Shown here piece after piece: positions 61,225 through 64,000 of a DNA stretch of 64,000 nt (position 1 is the first letter of the stretch; every line of letters begins with the position of its first letter). The DNA comes from Dicyema japonicum (lineage: Eukaryota > Animalia > Dicyemida). The stretch spans positions 1,493,447-1,557,446 of the forward strand of contig RDEW01000008.1 in assembly GCA_011109175.1 (NCBI GenBank), given 5' to 3'. A model generated the notes under the pieces. That model saw only the letters and a list, made by a program, of their open reading frames with translations, was not told the origin of the DNA and did not search any database. The position numbers and the translations under genes were made by a program.

Positions 61225-61980
61225 ATTGACATTCTAATATTACTTTTACATTTATTGTCGTATCTGTGTTTATTATATTTGGTTCTCTCTTATCTCTCAG
61301 GCCGTTCTGGTTTTATTGAATTCCTTACGGTAAACCTAATCATAAAGACTTGCTGGTAGGTGTATGTTGTCTCTGATTATCTATATGCTTCAAAATATTT
61401 GGGTTGAGTGCCAAAATAATAAAAATATACAGAATCTAATGACCTCAGAGTTGGCCTAGTATCCATCTACCGGGAATGAATTTGGTTATCCAAGACTGGT
61501 ATTTTGACGACAGCTGTTCAAGTACAGTGAGCTACACCAATATTGGAGGGTACACACTCATAACTCTCTTATGTTCACGAGATTGGGGGTTACATTATAT
61601 CGGAGGACTTAAGTTTATAACTGGTGACAAATATCAACTTTTTGAATAAAAGTTATAACCAAATTACTAAAAGGATTACGTATATTTATTCCTGAGTTGA
61701 CTATAAAGAAATCCTTAAGTAGAATACAAGTAGAATACCAAACAGCCTATTGAATTTACTTAAATAGAGCATATTTTGACTCATTTAATGACGTAAACCC
61801 AATTTAATCAAGCCTAGGTACTAAGGAGTGCCTTTCCGGACAATTTCCAGAAAAAACTTGTTCGTATTATTTGTTTAGCTTTAACGTGAAAACAATCATT
61901 ATTCGTTTATTTTATAAACTTCTTAACGGAAACATATAGAAAGTAATATTAATTCAAAACAATAAAACAAATATAAATAC

Positions 61981-63532
61981 TTACGACGATGATGGTAATC
62001 CTAAAGCCTCTCTAGTCTTCTCATATAGCATATAGCTCAGACTAACTGAGGGAATCACCTTCAAAAAGTTAGGAGTAATCCCCCTATATAATCCCATAAA
62101 TCCCTCCCGTTTTATAGTTTCAGCAAAAATATCAGTCATTCCACTTTTCTTTGATGAGCCTTTAATAACTCATCATAAGAACCTGTTGCCTGCAGTTTTG
62201 TCTTCACTAAGGCTAAGGGATATGTAAGAAGCTGTCCACATGCTGAACTAGCACCTCCACAAGCTAGGAGAACCCAATCAGGTGGCATCCCCGACTCACC
62301 ACGTGCAAAATTGTTTCTTACTATTCCTTTGAAGGTCTACCAATCAAAAACATCCAAAACCTCATACAAAGCCAACTCAGTCCCGGCATATGGGAGAATA
62401 CCCAATAAGTTTGGGACATATCCCCGATAAAACGATCTTATTCCCTCTCGTTGTAATATCTGACTGGCACATTGAAAGATTGTGGAGATTTCCCCCGTCT
62501 TTGCCAAACACAACCTTGTCTTTATCACCTCCATGGGATATATAGCTGTCTGGGCAACAGCACCAGCACACGAACCCGCCACAAACTTTTCGTAGACTTT
62601 GAGTTCTTCTCTATCTTTGTACTCACGGATCGCTTTCTTTATCTACCAAGTCACAAGGGTCGTCAACCTGCTCATAAACCATAAACTTTATTGCTGATTC
62701 GGGGACAATTTTGGAGATATTCACTCCATTCCCTCTCCACAAAGCAAGAAATCCACCCTCCTTCTTCAAATAAGCGAGTCCGGATAAAAATTTGATGTCT
62801 TTCGGTCCCCCATAGACCTGATTATAAGATGGAAACAAACCTGGAGAATAACTTTGATTCTGTCTAAAGGGGCAGTGCACGTGCGTGAAACTGCTCCAGC
62901 GATTCCCCCAGCAATCAAATTTCTCCACCAAACACCGGTTTCCAAGTCATTCTTGTCAAAATCCTTAGCAATACAGTCGTGATCACCAGTATCGATGATC
63001 ACTGGGTGATTCCAGTAGTTCATAAGATCAACAAGGTTGGAGTTAACGGGACTAAATATGAAATAATCCCTGAATTCGTCAAAGGACAGTCTCATGTTGC
63101 CATTTCTGTCAGCTCTAAAGGTTACGAGCTAATAGTTGCTTTTTAATGAGATTTTCGACTTCTTTTGGCGTCATTTCTATATTATTGTCAATGAGGGATT
63201 TGATTAGCTCATTAAAGCTAATTTCGCCTATTGAATGATCATTATCAATCATACCGTCGTTGTTTTTGTCGATATTTCTAAAAATCGAGTCTAATTTGTC
63301 CTCCTGATTCTGCAATATCTCTGAGAACTGATCAAATGTAATCCTCAACTCGTCTCGGTCACCTTTTCCTACTAACTGTAGAAATTCTTAAATATAAACA
63401 GAATACCTGATCTATCACCTCGTCGGGACAGGATTTAAAGGCAGTTCTTATCTCTTCTTTTGACAACTTACCGTTTTTATTTTTGTCAATTTTGTCAAAC
63501 AATTCTCGATGTCTTACAACAAAACTAGACAT
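61981..63532 (-). CDS. Calcium-binding mitochondrial ATP-Mg/Pi carrier (SCaMC; SLC25A24/23/25 family)
   Basis: EF-hands ([20 protein letters not shown]); [24 protein letters not shown]; [19 protein letters not shown]; [10 protein letters not shown]. Confidence 0.9.
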
Positions 63533-63689
63533 AAATTAATAAAATTTTAAACAATTTTAGTGACAATATTTATAGTATTTATTTACCACAACTTTGACCA
63601 CTAGATATTTACGTTTTTTTACCGCTAAATTATTTATTAATTTATTATTATCTAACGCCGGAAAATAATAATATTAATAATAATAACCC

Positions 63690-63860
63690 CTAAAATGGAC
63701 ACCAAGAAAGAAGGAGTTAAACCATCTAATTAAGTGATCCCGGTAGATTTCAACAGGGTCTAGAGCTTTTTGCTGTGCTCCTCCATAGTACCACAGCTTT
63801 TCCGAATCCACGACGTTCCTTTTTCATGAGAATTTGGAGAGACGTGGCATGAGAATGAAT
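63690..63860 (-). mobile_element. LINE 3' end, same family as 235-720
   Basis: gggatcacttaattagatggtttaactccttctttcttggtg...ggggttattattaat. Confidence 0.8.
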
Positions 63861-64000
63861 AAATTAAAAGATCAGTAAGAATGAGGTGTTTGTATCTTTA
63901 TTTAATTTTTAAACAATAAACAAAAAGTCACTTACTTCGATATCCAATCGCTCCTTTGCTGCAATAATCATTGGGCAGAGTTAAAACATACAGGTAACCA

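Overview
AT-rich eukaryotic (animal-like) genomic window. About ten host genes are split by tiny GT-AG introns, mostly 21-29 nt, and are separated by dense nests of non-LTR retrotransposon debris. Recognisable host genes: an intermediate-filament protein with a lamin-tail domain, QSOX, POLR2G/RPB7, a YIL108W-like zinc metallopeptidase, a CPVL-like serine carboxypeptidase, DHX37, MBTPS2 (site-2 protease), NUDC, LZIC and an SLC25A24-like Ca-binding mitochondrial carrier. The intron sizes suggest a reduced parasite such as a dicyemid or myxozoan (inference only). Mobile DNA includes APE-RT LINEs of Ingi/Vingi type, RTE-like LINEs, CRE-like and R4-like RLE elements, a tRNA-derived SINE and a MITE. 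The main finding is a family of elements built around a ~60-75 nt nested pseudoknot resembling an HDV-like ribozyme, supported by compensatory base changes across about ten copies. In the coding elements the order is fold, then a 2A-like StopGo peptide (GD[IV]ExNPGP), then APE-RT. The same fold occurs in non-autonomous partners of about 1.1 kb, 310 bp and 160 bp that share the LINE 3' tail (GGGATCAC + stop). In one TSD-bounded copy the element starts at the first base of the fold. All structures and translations were read by eye. Several single-base indels in homopolymers look like assembly errors.
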